Positions 27,201 through 37,735 of a stretch of DNA of 64,000 nt are shown here, in pieces. Positions within the stretch are counted from its first letter, which is position 1, and each line of letters starts with the position of its first letter. The notes under the pieces were generated by a model. The model was given only the letters and a program-made list of their open reading frames with translations. It ran no database searches and was not told the DNA's origin. The stretch comes from Promethearchaeota archaeon. Its GTDB lineage: Archaea; Asgardarchaeota; Lokiarchaeia; Sigyniarchaeales; SOKP01. The translations under genes were made by a program, and so were the position numbers. Location of the stretch: NCBI GenBank assembly GCA_016839585.1, contig JAEOTZ010000058.1, forward strand, positions 65,792-129,791. Direction: 5' to 3'.

Positions 27201-29315
27201 TTACTTCTTATTTACCTTTTTTATTAGTATTATAGAAATTGCGAATATTGCGCCAAATAAAATTAGTACGTTGTATCCAGGAATTAGAGGAGAACCATCG
27301 CTAGGAGATTGGCTAGACCATCTTAAATCATATTCATTTCCTGCATCGCCCCAACAAATTAAAAGATAGTAGGTTCCACTCGAAGGAACAATAGTGTTAA
27401 CGGTTTCATTATCAGTAGTAGACCAACCTGCCGTTATTAAAGTAAGAGAGGCGTCATAAACATCAATGTCAATATCTCCCGCTGCGTGAGAAAAAGTGAG
27501 CTCTATTCTCAAATGCTCATTTCCTTCTGTAATATAAATTTCATACCAGTCATCATCCGCCTGAACACCAAGTCCATCAATCGTACTCAGCCATATTCCT
27601 TCATAGGATGAAAGATCATACGCTTGAGTATAATCGTTATTTGGTTCATAATTATCATCAGTGGGACCTGTAGATAGTATATCATCCCACCATAAATCAT
27701 ATTCATTACCTAGATTCCCATAATAAACTAAAAGATAGTAGGTACCACTCGAAGGGACAATATAGTTGATATATTCATTATCAGTAACAGACCAACTTCC
27801 CGTTATTAAAGTAAGAGAGGTGTCATAAACATCAAGGTCAATATCACCCTCACTATGAGTAAAAGTCAAATCTACTACCAAGCGTTCATATCCAGGAGTA
27901 ATATAAATTTCATACCAATCTTCATCTGACTGAAATCCAGGTCCATCAATCGTACTCAGCCATGTTTGTTCGTCTGATGAAAGGTCATACGCCTGTGTAT
28001 AATCGTCATTTTCTTCATAATTATCATCTGGGAGATTAGCATAATAAGTTAATAGAAATTCATCCCATGACAAATCAGCAGTGAAATTTAATATTGTTTC
28101 ATAATTACTATCGTAATCCCCGATATTTCCTGGATAATAAATGGTAGTTCCATGAAAACCTGGATGGTAAGATCCATGTGCTTCAGCTATCGTCATTGAA
28201 TTAATAGCATTCATAATATCTTGTGCAGCATTCTGAATAACAGTATCTGAAATTCGATTATAAATTTGATATGAAAAATTGTATAAATCAACATAAGTTA
28301 AATCATAATATGATGCATCACTCGACCCTCTAGCAGCTCGTATATCAGTTATATACGTGCCAATTTTAGAGGTTAATTCTAGTGCTAGTGATTCGATTGC
28401 GGTCGATAAAGTACTTTCTTGTAATAGATCTACAGCCGATAAAGTTTCAATACCATCAGTGCCATAATATTCGATGTACCTATTTACTATTGTGCTTCCA
28501 GTAGAATTTGGACTCATAGTTGGAGTGCTTGTTAAATCACTTAGAATTGTGTCATAAGGCCATCCGTCTAATGGTATAACTTCCTCAGAAGCGACGCGTA
28601 CTTGTGCTAAATTTCTTAGTTGGTAGTCGATTTCTACATTTGCCATTAAACAGGCATCAAAACCAAGTACGTCAATATATACTCCTGCTGTAGAAAGAGC
28701 GATTTCTACTTCTTGGATTGTAAGATGATCAAAATTAGTGTCATCATAACATACGCCTTTAAAGAGGGGATCATTTTTTTCTTCATGCCCTTTCCAACCA
28801 GCTCCATGATCCCATAACACTAATGCATAATGGTCTGATGGATAATTTGCAACACCCCAAGTAATAAAATTAGAAAGGGTAGATGACAGTCCCATATTTT
28901 GTTCCCCCAGATCAGATAAGGCATTAGCTGCAGCTGGAGTCATTCCTGGAATGATATAAAATCTTTTTGTTGTTACCCAGTTATCGTAAGATGTGTCATA
29001 TCCTGAAATTCTATCAAATTGTACAACAATATGAATATTAGCATCTGAACCAACAGACGACATTTCTAAAAAGTCACTAATACCATCAGCTTCTAGGTTA
29101 TTATCTGCATCTAAATAGACCAAAAAAGTCCAGTCATTTGGAGATTTACCATTAGTATTCACTATTTTATCTTCTTGAATCAATTGTTCATTTAAATTTC
29201 CAACGGTTCCGTATACTATCGTTGCTACAATATTAAAAATAAGAAGTAATACTAAATATTTTACAATTTTTTTATAGATTTTTGCTGATTTTATAAGATA
29301 ATTATTGTACTTCAA
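27201..29315 (-). CDS. Secreted, membrane-anchored clostripain-like (peptidase family C11) cysteine protease with two PPC-type C-terminal domains
   Basis: It has an N-terminal signal/TM helix. The motifs are WTFLVYLDADNNLE and LWDHGAGW (His) and LGFDACLM (Cys). Two ~123-aa repeats (DDNYE.N.DYTQAYDLSS...DWYEIYIT...GDID.DVYD...SGTYYLL) follow. The C-terminus PGYNVLILFGAIFAISIILIKKVNKK resembles a PGF-CTERM-type anchor. Confidence 0.8.
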   Translation of the reverse strand: MKYNNYLIKSAKIYKKIVKYLVLLLIFNIVATIVYGTVGNLNEQLIQEDKIVNTNGKSPNDWTFLVYLDADNNLEADGISDFLEMSSVGSDANIHIVVQFDRISGYDTSYDNWVTTKRFYIIPGMTPAAANALSDLGEQNMGLSSTLSNFITWGVANYPSDHYALVLWDHGAGWKGHEEKNDPLFKGVCYDDTNFDHLTIQEVEIALSTAGVYIDVLGFDACLMANVEIDYQLRNLAQVRVASEEVIPLDGWPYDTILSDLTSTPTMSPNSTGSTIVNRYIEYYGTDGIETLSAVDLLQESTLSTAIESLALELTSKIGTYITDIRAARGSSDASYYDLTYVDLYNFSYQIYNRISDTVIQNAAQDIMNAINSMTIAEAHGSYHPGFHGTTIYYPGNIGDYDSNYETILNFTADLSWDEFLLTYYANLPDDNYEENDDYTQAYDLSSDEQTWLSTIDGPGFQSDEDWYEIYITPGYERLVVDLTFTHSEGDIDLDVYDTSLTLITGSWSVTDNEYINYIVPSSGTYYLLVYYGNLGNEYDLWWDDILSTGPTDDNYEPNNDYTQAYDLSSYEGIWLSTIDGLGVQADDDWYEIYITEGNEHLRIELTFSHAAGDIDIDVYDASLTLITAGWSTTDNETVNTIVPSSGTYYLLICWGDAGNEYDLRWSSQSPSDGSPLIPGYNVLILFGAIFAISIILIKKVNKK
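27317..28028 (-). repeat. Tandem intragenic duplication (2 x ~369 nt) encoding the two PPC-like domains
   Basis: Unit 1 is ~27683-28028 and unit 2 is ~27317-27659. Long identical peptide runs (DYTQAYDLSS, VPSSGTYYLL, GNEYDL) are visible in the DNA as well. Confidence 0.8.
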
Positions 29316-29455
29316 AAATATAAATCTAGTATTTTTATTAAAAGTGCAATATTAATTCTTTATAATTGTAGTATTAATTTTCTTATGAGTGATTAATAAA
29401 AAGAACTAGGTGCTTAATTAAACATATTTAGTACGTTTTTTGAGGTAATAGTTTA

Positions 29456-30481
29456 ATGCAAAATGAGATCTTAGAACCTTCTGATTTATTAGATAATAAT
29501 GGTGAATTAATTCAAAAAGGGTGGGCACGTAAACTATTACTTAAGTATGATCGCACAAAAATTAAAGCTGGATGGCTTAGAATCAAAGAATGGGATTATT
29601 ATGCAATTTTAAATCCCGAATATGGGGTAACGTTTACCTTTTCAGATTTAGGATATGCTGGGCTAATTGCAGCTGTGTGGTTAGATTTTAAAGAGAGAGT
29701 TTTCATACCTGATGAAATAATAGTCTGGTTCACTAAGGGGCATTTGAATTTACCTAGCTCCTCTGAAACTGGAGATATCAATTTTTCTGAAAAAGGAAAT
29801 ACACTTTTAATTAAAAAAGAAGAAGATAGACGTATTATTAACTTTAATTTTCCCAATTTCGACAATGGTCGAGGAATTGAAGCAAGTTTAGTATTATATC
29901 AAGATCCTAATATGGACACAATGGTAATTGCTACTCCATGGAAAGAAAAACCAACAAGGTTTTACTACAATCAAAAAATCAATTGTATGCCCACTCAGGG
30001 ATTTGTGCAATTAGGTAACCAGAAATACGATTTCACTGATTATAACAGTTTTGGAGTCTTGGATTGGGGGAGAGGAGTATGGACTTATAAAAATACATGG
30101 TATTGGGGTTCTGCTTCAGGAAAATTAGAAGATGGTATTCCAATTGGGTGGAATATAGGATATGGATTTAGTGATAGATCCTATGCTACTGAAAACGTGA
30201 TTTTTTATGATGGTGTAGCACATAAATTAGATCAAATAACTTTCCATTTCGATCCAGAAAATTATATGAAGCCTTGGAAATTTACGAGTAATGATGGACG
30301 GTTCGAGATGGATTTTGAACCTATCATAGACAGAAATTCGAAAATCAACTTTTTAATACTGAAAAGCCTTCAACACCAAGTTTTTGGCTATTATACTGGA
30401 TCACTTATACTTGATGATGGAACTAAAATTCAAATTAAACGCCTTTTGGGCTTTGCAGAAGAAGTTTTTAACAAATGGTAA
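29456..30481 (+). CDS. Beta-rich protein, possibly DUF2804 family
   Basis: 341 aa with KEWDYYAI and WYWGSASG motifs. The family assignment is from memory only. Confidence 0.4.
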   Translation: MQNEILEPSDLLDNNGELIQKGWARKLLLKYDRTKIKAGWLRIKEWDYYAILNPEYGVTFTFSDLGYAGLIAAVWLDFKERVFIPDEIIVWFTKGHLNLPSSSETGDINFSEKGNTLLIKKEEDRRIINFNFPNFDNGRGIEASLVLYQDPNMDTMVIATPWKEKPTRFYYNQKINCMPTQGFVQLGNQKYDFTDYNSFGVLDWGRGVWTYKNTWYWGSASGKLEDGIPIGWNIGYGFSDRSYATENVIFYDGVAHKLDQITFHFDPENYMKPWKFTSNDGRFEMDFEPIIDRNSKINFLILKSLQHQVFGYYTGSLILDDGTKIQIKRLLGFAEEVFNKW

Positions 30482-30536
30482 ATTAGAATTTACATATTGG
30501 TTTAGAATTTTAGAATTTTTTAAAAAAAATAAATCC

Positions 30537-30644
30537 TTATTCAACTAAGCTAAATGTTCCTTCACTTTCACCACAATTGGGGCATTCTTCTGGAATATCA
30601 TCCAGATCAAATTTAAATCCACATTTATCACACTGCCAGGCCAA
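30537..30644 (-). CDS. Candidate 35-aa rubredoxin-like zinc-ribbon mini-protein (not in the ORF track)
   Basis: A TTG start gives (M)AWQCDKCGFKFDLDDIPEECPNCGESEGTFSLVE. This is the same W.C..CG...CP.CG module as in the 23600..24475 protein. A tttaaat box lies about 22 nt upstream of the TTG. Confidence 0.35.
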   Translation of the reverse strand: MAWQCDKCGFKFDLDDIPEECPNCGESEGTFSLVE

Positions 30645-30802
30645 GAAAATCTACCCCATTTGGATGATTTAAATGTATTTTTATTAGTATAAAAAAAAAT
30701 TTATCTAAATTTAAAATTTTTTTGGGAATAATATTGATTTTAATATTTTAGGCGGTAATCCCCTCTTTTCAATTATAAAAGGATAAGTATGATAAAGTCT
30801 GA

Positions 30803-31336
30803 TTATTCAGAAATAATAACAATTATTTTTTGGAATATTTCTTGTTGATTTTGGCGACTTAAAGTAAATACTACTACTTCTGGTATCTTAAGAAGAGAAT
30901 CCTTTAATGGATGCTCTATTTTTTGACCAATTGTTGCTATAATTTTAGTATCTGAATGAAAAAAATCATTAATTAGATTTTGAAATTTTCTAGAGAAAAG
31001 CTCCATTTTTCCAATTTCATCAATAACTAATAATTCTCCTTTATGAAAAACCATATCTTCTAATTTTGAGATTAAATTCTCAAATTCTTCAATAAAGATG
31101 CAATATCGCCCTAATTTGTACTTTGTGTTATAGTTTCCAATCCTTGCTAATTTTCCTCTTTTTCTTGTATTAATATCTTCGATATCAAATCCGATACGAT
31201 TGCCGTCTCTTCGAACTTCTGGGGTTAAAAAGCCATGAATTGTGTACTTACGATCAGAGAAATATTCTATTAATTTTACTACTAAAGTTGACTTACCACT
31301 TCGAGGTGGACCTGTTACAAGAATTTTTTTATTCAT
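30803..31336 (-). CDS. THEP1-type nucleoside-triphosphatase (NTPase_1 family)
   Basis: Walker A is TGPPRSGKST and Walker B is LLVIDEIGKMELFS. The GF.T.EVR..G.R.GFDI pattern is present. Confidence 0.75.
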   Translation of the reverse strand: MNKKILVTGPPRSGKSTLVVKLIEYFSDRKYTIHGFLTPEVRRDGNRIGFDIEDINTRKRGKLARIGNYNTKYKLGRYCIFIEEFENLISKLEDMVFHKGELLVIDEIGKMELFSRKFQNLINDFFHSDTKIIATIGQKIEHPLKDSLLKIPEVVVFTLSRQNQQEIFQKIIVIISE

Positions 31337-31436
31337 TTAATTAATAAATCAAAATTTTAAATATAGTAAGAATTTAAATGAAATTATAAAATAATTAATT
31401 ATTTATTTTTTAAATATTACAAAGAGAGATAAAAAT

Positions 31437-32384
31437 ATGAAAAGTTCTACATTTAATTTTAAGGATCAAGATGGAATTGAGATTTTTGTGTATAAGTGGG
31501 AACCAGATACAACCCCTAAAGCTGTTGTCCAATTTATTCACGGAATGGCAGAACATGCTAAAAGATATGCCGAAATAGCAGAAGCCTTATGCAATGCGGG
31601 ATTTATTTGTTATGCCAATGATGTTCGAGGTCATGGAATGACTGGTGGTGATTTAACTGAAGCTACTTTAGAGGGGAATGCTGGAGTTTTAGGGCCTAAT
31701 GGATGGAGAGGCGTGGTAAATGATGTTTATGAGCTATCAAAAATAGTTAAGAAAGAAAATCTTAACCTTCCTTTATTTCTAATAGGACATTCTTGGGGTG
31801 CTATGATTGTGCAAGATTATATTCAAGAATGGGGAAATGAAATCAAAGGGTGCATTTTAAGTGGTACTACTGGAAAAGTAAGAACATTAGTACTTAAAGC
31901 TGGTAAAATGATTGTTAAAAATGAGATAAAAAAATTAGGACCAACTGCCCCAAGCCAAAAAATGCATGATATGAATTTTAAGAGCTATAATCATGATTGG
32001 CAACAAGAAGAAGGAGCAACAGGATTTGAATGGCTCAGTAGAGACAAAGTGGAAGTCCAAAAGTATATTGATGATCCATGGTGCGGATTTATTACTCCTG
32101 CAACATTTTGGTTAGAATCTATCAATGGGAGTATAAAAATATATGATGAAAAAAACGAGCAAAAGATACCAAAAGATTTACCAATTCATTTTATTTCGGG
32201 AGCTTTATGTCCCGTAGGAAATAAAACTAAAGGAGTCACGGCGATGATTAATCGTCTAAAGAAACATAACATTAAAGAAGTTACTTATAAATTTTACCCA
32301 GATACTCGACATGAACTTTTTCATGAAATTAATCGTGAAGAAGTTTTTAAAGATGTTATTAACTGGCTAGATTCTCACTTATAA
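31437..32384 (+). CDS. Alpha/beta hydrolase, lysophospholipase/monoacylglycerol-lipase-like
   Basis: Carries HGMAEHAKRY...NDVRGHG, a GHSWGA nucleophile elbow, and a C-terminal DTRHE (His). Confidence 0.8.
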   Translation: MKSSTFNFKDQDGIEIFVYKWEPDTTPKAVVQFIHGMAEHAKRYAEIAEALCNAGFICYANDVRGHGMTGGDLTEATLEGNAGVLGPNGWRGVVNDVYELSKIVKKENLNLPLFLIGHSWGAMIVQDYIQEWGNEIKGCILSGTTGKVRTLVLKAGKMIVKNEIKKLGPTAPSQKMHDMNFKSYNHDWQQEEGATGFEWLSRDKVEVQKYIDDPWCGFITPATFWLESINGSIKIYDEKNEQKIPKDLPIHFISGALCPVGNKTKGVTAMINRLKKHNIKEVTYKFYPDTRHELFHEINREEVFKDVINWLDSHL

Positions 32385-32412
32385 CTTAATTTTTTTCTAA
32401 ATTTTTCCAATT

Positions 32413-33546
32413 CTATTTGTTTAATTCTCTAAATTTCAATAAGAGTTCTTTTTGTCTATCAGATATTTTTTCAGGTACTTTAATATTCACTATGACATAA
32501 TGATCTCCCCTTTCTTTTCCCCGTAGATAAGTAGCTCCGCTTTTTTTAATTCGAAATTCTGTTCCAGGCTGAGTTCCCGGTGGGATTGTCAACTCTTTTT
32601 CTGTCATTTTCTTTTCTTTATAATCTAAAGTAGGAACCTTGATTTTCCCACCTAAAATTGCAGTTATAATATCCAAATCTATTGGAGTATAAAGATCATA
32701 ACCACGACGAATAAACTTTTCATTCTCTTTAATTTTAATCCCTAAATAAAGATCACCAGGAATAGCATTTACAGAAGGTACATGACCAGCACCTTGAACT
32801 TTCAAATGAACTCCATTTTCTATACCAGGTGGTATATTAACATGTATAGTTTTATGATCAGGAACTACCTTTTTCCCATTACACATCTTACACTTCTTTT
32901 TAATTACTTTACCTGTACCATTACAAGCATAGCATTCTGACTCACGAATAATAGTACCAAATCCAGACTGCGTCATTTTCCTAATTCGACCCGTTCCTTG
33001 ACACTCTGGGCAATTAGTGATACTTGATGGATCTTCAGCCCCTGTTCCTTCACAGGCGTCACAAGGAGTATATCGTTCTATTGGGACATCTTTTTTTACT
33101 CCAAACATAGCCTCTTCAAAACTAATTTCTAAGAAATCTTCTATATCTTGTCCGACTTCTCGACGTGGTGCAGTTCTTCTTCTAGCTCTTGAACCAAAAC
33201 CACTAAAACCAAAATCATCAAACCCTCCAAATGGACTAAATTCACCAAAGATGCTTCGAAATAACTCATCGATACCTGGTATTCCACCACGGAAAAAATC
33301 ACTCATATCTATTTCTACTCCACTAAAACCGAAGCGATCATAATTTTTCCTCTTATCAGGATCATTTAATACTTCATAAGCTTCTTGGAGTTCGATAAAT
33401 TTTTCTTTTGCTTTAGGATCCGTTTTGTTCATATCTGGATGAAGTTCCTTAGCTAATCTACGATATGCTAGTTTGATATCATTCTGGGAAGCATCTTTAC
33501 TTACACCCAATACCTCATAGTAATCTCTTTTTTTGCTGGAACTCAT
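32413..33546 (-). CDS. dnaJ: Chaperone DnaJ (type I Hsp40)
   Basis: A J-domain with HPD, a G/F-rich linker, and four CxxCxG motifs ([32 protein letters not shown]). Confidence 0.95.
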   Translation of the reverse strand: MSSSKKRDYYEVLGVSKDASQNDIKLAYRRLAKELHPDMNKTDPKAKEKFIELQEAYEVLNDPDKRKNYDRFGFSGVEIDMSDFFRGGIPGIDELFRSIFGEFSPFGGFDDFGFSGFGSRARRRTAPRREVGQDIEDFLEISFEEAMFGVKKDVPIERYTPCDACEGTGAEDPSSITNCPECQGTGRIRKMTQSGFGTIIRESECYACNGTGKVIKKKCKMCNGKKVVPDHKTIHVNIPPGIENGVHLKVQGAGHVPSVNAIPGDLYLGIKIKENEKFIRRGYDLYTPIDLDIITAILGGKIKVPTLDYKEKKMTEKELTIPPGTQPGTEFRIKKSGATYLRGKERGDHYVIVNIKVPEKISDRQKELLLKFRELNK

Positions 33547-33756
33547 AATCTCTTAGATTCTTGTTGTTATCGAATAAGGTTAAAAATCAAGTAATTAAAA
33601 TTGTTTCTGGAATTTAATTTTTTAGGTTATTAAGTAAATTAATATATGAAATTTTTATAAATCAAATCTCTTCTCAATTTAATTGATATAGTTTTATTAA
33701 TTTAATAAAAAAAAAATAATAAAACCTTATATATAACATTAACTTATCTAAATTCT

Positions 33757-34296
33757 ATGGAATCTAATGAAATTGAAATAACTGAAAACCTTAAAATTAG
33801 ATATTATGTAGTCTCCGGTTGCATAGTAGTTCTCTTTATTATACTTACTGTATTGTTTAGTCAATTCTCAGGCAAAGCATTGTTATATTCTCTAATGATT
33901 GAGGGAATTTTGGCGGCAATTATAGCTCCTCTTATGATTTACGCCTATTCTAGAAACAAATGGGTAACATATGCTTTATCAGAACAAAAATTTATGATTG
34001 TAAAGCCAAAAAAGATTCGCTTTGAAATTAGCTGGTCGGAATTTGATGTAATAAAATTTAAACTATTAGGGAGTGAGTTTGGCACACTTAAAGGTAGAAA
34101 GCTGGAAAGGAAAACCAATGTATTTAAACTTAAATTTTTACGCGGAAATGATCAAATTAAAGATATAAAATTCGCTGTCCTCAGTAGAGCTAAAGCGAGA
34201 GAACTAGGTGCGGCAATAATTAATTATGCAAAAAATATGGGCAAAGATATCATCTTAAAACAGCGTGATATACAACTAAGAAATCTAGATGTTTGA
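33757..34296 (+). CDS. Membrane protein of unknown function, inserted antisense between dnaK and dnaJ
   Basis: 179 aa with two N-terminal TM helices and a beta-rich C-terminal domain. Confidence 0.5.
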   Translation: MESNEIEITENLKIRYYVVSGCIVVLFIILTVLFSQFSGKALLYSLMIEGILAAIIAPLMIYAYSRNKWVTYALSEQKFMIVKPKKIRFEISWSEFDVIKFKLLGSEFGTLKGRKLERKTNVFKLKFLRGNDQIKDIKFAVLSRAKARELGAAIINYAKNMGKDIILKQRDIQLRNLDV

Positions 34297-34471
34297 GATT
34301 TTTTGATTATTAAGTTTAATATTATTAAATAGAAGCTAGAATTAGATAATGTAATTTTATTTAATGATCAAATAAGTCCTTTTTTTTTTAAAAAAATAAT
34401 TGTAAAAAAAAGAGGTTTATTCTCTTTCTTAAATAATTAATAAGATTTTTGTTTATATTAATTAACACTAC

Positions 34472-36496
34472 TTATTCGTCCGAATCCTCGTCCCAGTCAA
34501 CGTCCACAACCTTCTTCTTCTCTTTTTCATCTTTTTCCTTTTTATATGTAGCACCACCAGCACCTGTCTCATCTGCTCCACCTGGGGGCGCATCACCCAT
34601 ACCTCCTGGAGGGGCACCTCCCATACCACTTGCGGCACGTTGAGCTTGTTCGGCTGCCTGTTGATAAACCTGATCTTGAGTTTGTGAAGCGTAAATTCTT
34701 TGGGAAAAGCTATACATAGACTTTTGCAGATTTTCTACTCCGAGTTTTATTCTTTGAACGTCATCAGTCTTAATATCTTCTTCTAGGGAACTCATTGCCG
34801 CTTCGATTTCTTTCTTTTCATTTTCTTGGATCTTTTCTTTATTATCTTCCATTAATTTCCTTGTTTGGTAGATCATAGAATCTGCATTATTTTTAACTTC
34901 GACTAATTCTCTTACTTTTTTATCTTCTTCTTCAAAATCTTCTGCAATTCTAACTTTTTCCTGAATTTCTTCAGGAGTTAAACCTCTAGCTCCAGTAACA
35001 GTTATTCCTGTTTCTTTGCCTGTTCCTAAATCTTTTGCAGTTACATGGACTATTCCATCAGCATCGATTGAAAATTTAACTTCAATTTGCGGAATACCTC
35101 GGGGAGCAGGTGGGATTCCTGTTAAATGGAACATTCCTAAAGATATATTATCTTTTGCCATAGCTCTTTCTCCTTGAAGAACATTTATGGTAACTGCTGG
35201 TTGATTATCAGCGGCTGTACTAAATACCTGACTTTTTTCTGTTGGAATGGTACTATTTCGCTCAATTAATTTTGTAAATACTCCTCCGAGGGTTTCAACT
35301 CCCAACGAGAGTGGAGTAACATCTAGTAAAAGTAAGTCTTCAACGTCTCCCGCAATAATCCCTCCTTGGATTGCAGCACCAATTGCTACACATTCCATTG
35401 GATCTACTGAATGTTCTGTTTCTTTACCTCCAAAAAATTTCTTGAATCTTTGTTGTACGGATGGCATTCTCGTTGGCCCCCCAACTAAGATAACCTTATC
35501 GATGTTATTAACTGATAATTTAGCATCAGAAACTGCTCTTTGCATAATAGGATCTAATCTCCTAAGAGTAGGCTCAATTAACGCTTCCAATTTTGCTCGT
35601 GTAAGTTCCATTGTTAAATGAACAGGATTTCCCTCCTTTTGGGAGATATAGGGGAGGTTAATTGATGATGAAAGTGTAGTTGATAATTCAATTTTCGCCT
35701 TTTCAGCAGCATCTTTAATTCTTATCCATGCTTTGCTATCGCCTTTTAAATCAATCCCCTCCTTCTTTTTAAACTCCTCAGTGATCCAGTCGATAATAGC
35801 ATTATCCATATCGGTTCCCCCTAATTGGGTATCCCCTGCCGTTGACATAACTTCTACAACTCCAGATCCATATTCCATGAGTGTAATATCGAATGTACCA
35901 CCCCCAAGGTCCAGTACACAGATCTTGATGAGTCTATCTTTAGTATCCTTATCGAGACCGTAAGCCAAGCATGCAGCGGTTGGTTCATTAATCATTCGCA
36001 CGACCTCCAGTCCCGCAATCTCTCCTGCGTCTTTAGTAGCTGTACGTTGAGCATCATTGAAATATGCAGGAACGGTAACAACAGCTTTTTTTACCTCTTC
36101 ACCAAGATATGCCGAAGCGTCATTCTTAATCTTTTTTAGGATCATAGCACTAACTTCTTCAGGGCTGAACTCCTGCCATTTTTCTCCAACTCTCAATTTT
36201 GCCTTATAAGAGGTTCCCATTTTCCGCTTAATCGCTGTGACTGTTCCATCAGGATTTGATACAGCCTGACGGCGTGCTGGCTCACCTACAATCTTTCTTC
36301 CCTCTTGATCAAAAGCAACATAAGATGGAAAAGCTTTTCCTCCAAGAGTTCTTCCCTCTGCAGCTGGTATGATTTCTGGTTTACCAGTTCCACTCAGCAC
36401 TGCACAAGCGCTATTACTAGTGCCTAAATCTATACCTAAAATCTTTTCTTTTCTAGTTGATTTTTTCTTCTCTTCTCCTTTCTTCTCATCACTCAT
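34472..36496 (-). CDS. dnaK: Chaperone DnaK (Hsp70)
   Basis: Carries [17 protein letters not shown] and VGGPTRMP. The tail is G/P/M-rich and ends in an acidic run. Confidence 0.97.
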   Translation of the reverse strand: MSDEKKGEEKKKSTRKEKILGIDLGTSNSACAVLSGTGKPEIIPAAEGRTLGGKAFPSYVAFDQEGRKIVGEPARRQAVSNPDGTVTAIKRKMGTSYKAKLRVGEKWQEFSPEEVSAMILKKIKNDASAYLGEEVKKAVVTVPAYFNDAQRTATKDAGEIAGLEVVRMINEPTAACLAYGLDKDTKDRLIKICVLDLGGGTFDITLMEYGSGVVEVMSTAGDTQLGGTDMDNAIIDWITEEFKKKEGIDLKGDSKAWIRIKDAAEKAKIELSTTLSSSINLPYISQKEGNPVHLTMELTRAKLEALIEPTLRRLDPIMQRAVSDAKLSVNNIDKVILVGGPTRMPSVQQRFKKFFGGKETEHSVDPMECVAIGAAIQGGIIAGDVEDLLLLDVTPLSLGVETLGGVFTKLIERNSTIPTEKSQVFSTAADNQPAVTINVLQGERAMAKDNISLGMFHLTGIPPAPRGIPQIEVKFSIDADGIVHVTAKDLGTGKETGITVTGARGLTPEEIQEKVRIAEDFEEEDKKVRELVEVKNNADSMIYQTRKLMEDNKEKIQENEKKEIEAAMSSLEEDIKTDDVQRIKLGVENLQKSMYSFSQRIYASQTQDQVYQQAAEQAQRAASGMGGAPPGGMGDAPPGGADETGAGGATYKKEKDEKEKKKVVDVDWDEDSDE

Positions 36497-36530
36497 AGTT
36501 AAAATATCACTTTTTCTTAGAATTTTGGAT

Positions 36531-36581
36531 ACTTAATAATTTAATCTTCAAAGATTTTTTAGACTTTAATAATTTAATCTT
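36531..36581. promoter_or_regulatory. Direct repeat ACTT(T)AATAATTTAATCTT x2 in the dnaK-grpE divergent promoter region (candidate operator)
   Basis: The copies are at 36531-36548 and 36563-36581. They are identical apart from one extra T, and the start-to-start spacing is 32 nt. Confidence 0.3.
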
Positions 36582-36745
36582 TATAAAATTGTAAATTGTT
36601 CCTATTAAGTATATATTAATTAAAATAGAATTAAAAATTTTATTTATATAGATCGCTATATCATAAAAAATAAAATTGATTATCAATTTTAAATCATAAA
36701 ATTATAATTCATATAACATTCTAAAGAATTATAAAGGGAGCTGTT

Positions 36746-37588
36746 ATGGCAGAAGAAAACAACGATGAAATAAAAGAAGAAGTTAGGCAAGATGCTTCAG
36801 CAGATGAAATTATAACACCCAAAGAAAAATTAGTAGCTCAAACCAGTTCTGAAGGAGGATCAAAAAGCGAAGAGGTCAAAAGACTAGAAGAAAAAGAACA
36901 TTATGAATTAGAATACTTCTCGAAAGAAGATCTCGTTAAAAAAAATGAAGATCTTGAGAAAGAATTAGGCAAACTTAAAGAAAGTGTCGAGAAATTACAA
37001 AAAGAAAATGCAGATTCGAAGAATAAGTATATGAAATTACAAGCAGATTTCGAGAATGCTCAAAAACGATGGGACAAAAACCGCCAAAATTTAAGAATTG
37101 AATACACGGCTTCTGTTTTAAGAAATTTTTTACCTTTATATGATTCTTTCAAAAAGGCTATTGATAGTAATAAAGCAAATGAAACGGAGAAAAACATACT
37201 AACTGGATTTTACAATCAATTTATAAACATCTTTAAGTCTTATGGAGCAGAGCCAATACAGGTTAAAGTAAATGAATCTTTTGATTATAATATACATGAA
37301 GCTTTAAGTACAATTGAAAAAGATGATATTCCTGAGAATAGTATAGTAGAAGTAGTCCAAGACGGGTTCAAATATGGCAAAGAAGTTATAAGGTACGCAA
37401 AAGTTATAATTTCTCGAAAACCAAAACCTCCTGAACCAGAGCCAAAACCTGAAGAAGAAAAAGTTGAAGAAAGAAAAGAAGAGATTCTTGAAACGCAAGA
37501 AATCTCAACTGATAAAGAGGACTTCAAAGAAGAAAAACTTAAAGAAAAGAAGTCTAAAAAAGAAAAAAAGTTAAAAAAAGAAAGATGA
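36746..37588 (+). CDS. grpE: Nucleotide exchange factor GrpE with K/E-rich N- and C-terminal extensions
   Basis: Carries LQADFENAQKRWDKNRQNL...LPLYDSFKKAI...HEAL. It is divergent from dnaK. Confidence 0.85.
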   Translation: MAEENNDEIKEEVRQDASADEIITPKEKLVAQTSSEGGSKSEEVKRLEEKEHYELEYFSKEDLVKKNEDLEKELGKLKESVEKLQKENADSKNKYMKLQADFENAQKRWDKNRQNLRIEYTASVLRNFLPLYDSFKKAIDSNKANETEKNILTGFYNQFINIFKSYGAEPIQVKVNESFDYNIHEALSTIEKDDIPENSIVEVVQDGFKYGKEVIRYAKVIISRKPKPPEPEPKPEEEKVEERKEEILETQEISTDKEDFKEEKLKEKKSKKEKKLKKER

Positions 37589-37735
37589 TGTTTTTCTTTA
37601 AAAAACTCATTTTCCTGACTTTTAAAATTTCTATTCTTATTGATTTAATATTGGAAAATTTTATTAAATAAAATCTAAAAGATTATTAGTCTTGATACTC
37701 TATATCACTTAACTAATCTTAAATGTGTTAATTTT

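Noticed and set aside
34449-34643. GC-rich repetitive stretch and a + strand 64-aa ORF at the 3' end of dnaK
   Set aside because: It encodes the common G/P/M-rich Hsp70 C-terminal linker ([17 protein letters not shown]) on the minus strand. The + strand ORF is its shadow.
36497-36745. CIRCE/HrcA-type inverted repeat (TTAGCACTC-N9-GAGTGCTAA) in the dnaK-grpE control region
   Set aside because: It is not present. Only the AT-rich direct repeat reported above was seen.
37420-37590. Apparent GAA/AAG-rich tandem repeat at the 3' end of grpE, and the antisense ORFs 37285..37527 and 37304..37498
   Set aside because: This is low-complexity coding sequence for a K/E/P-rich tail and has no defined repeat unit. 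The antisense ORFs are artefacts of that composition.
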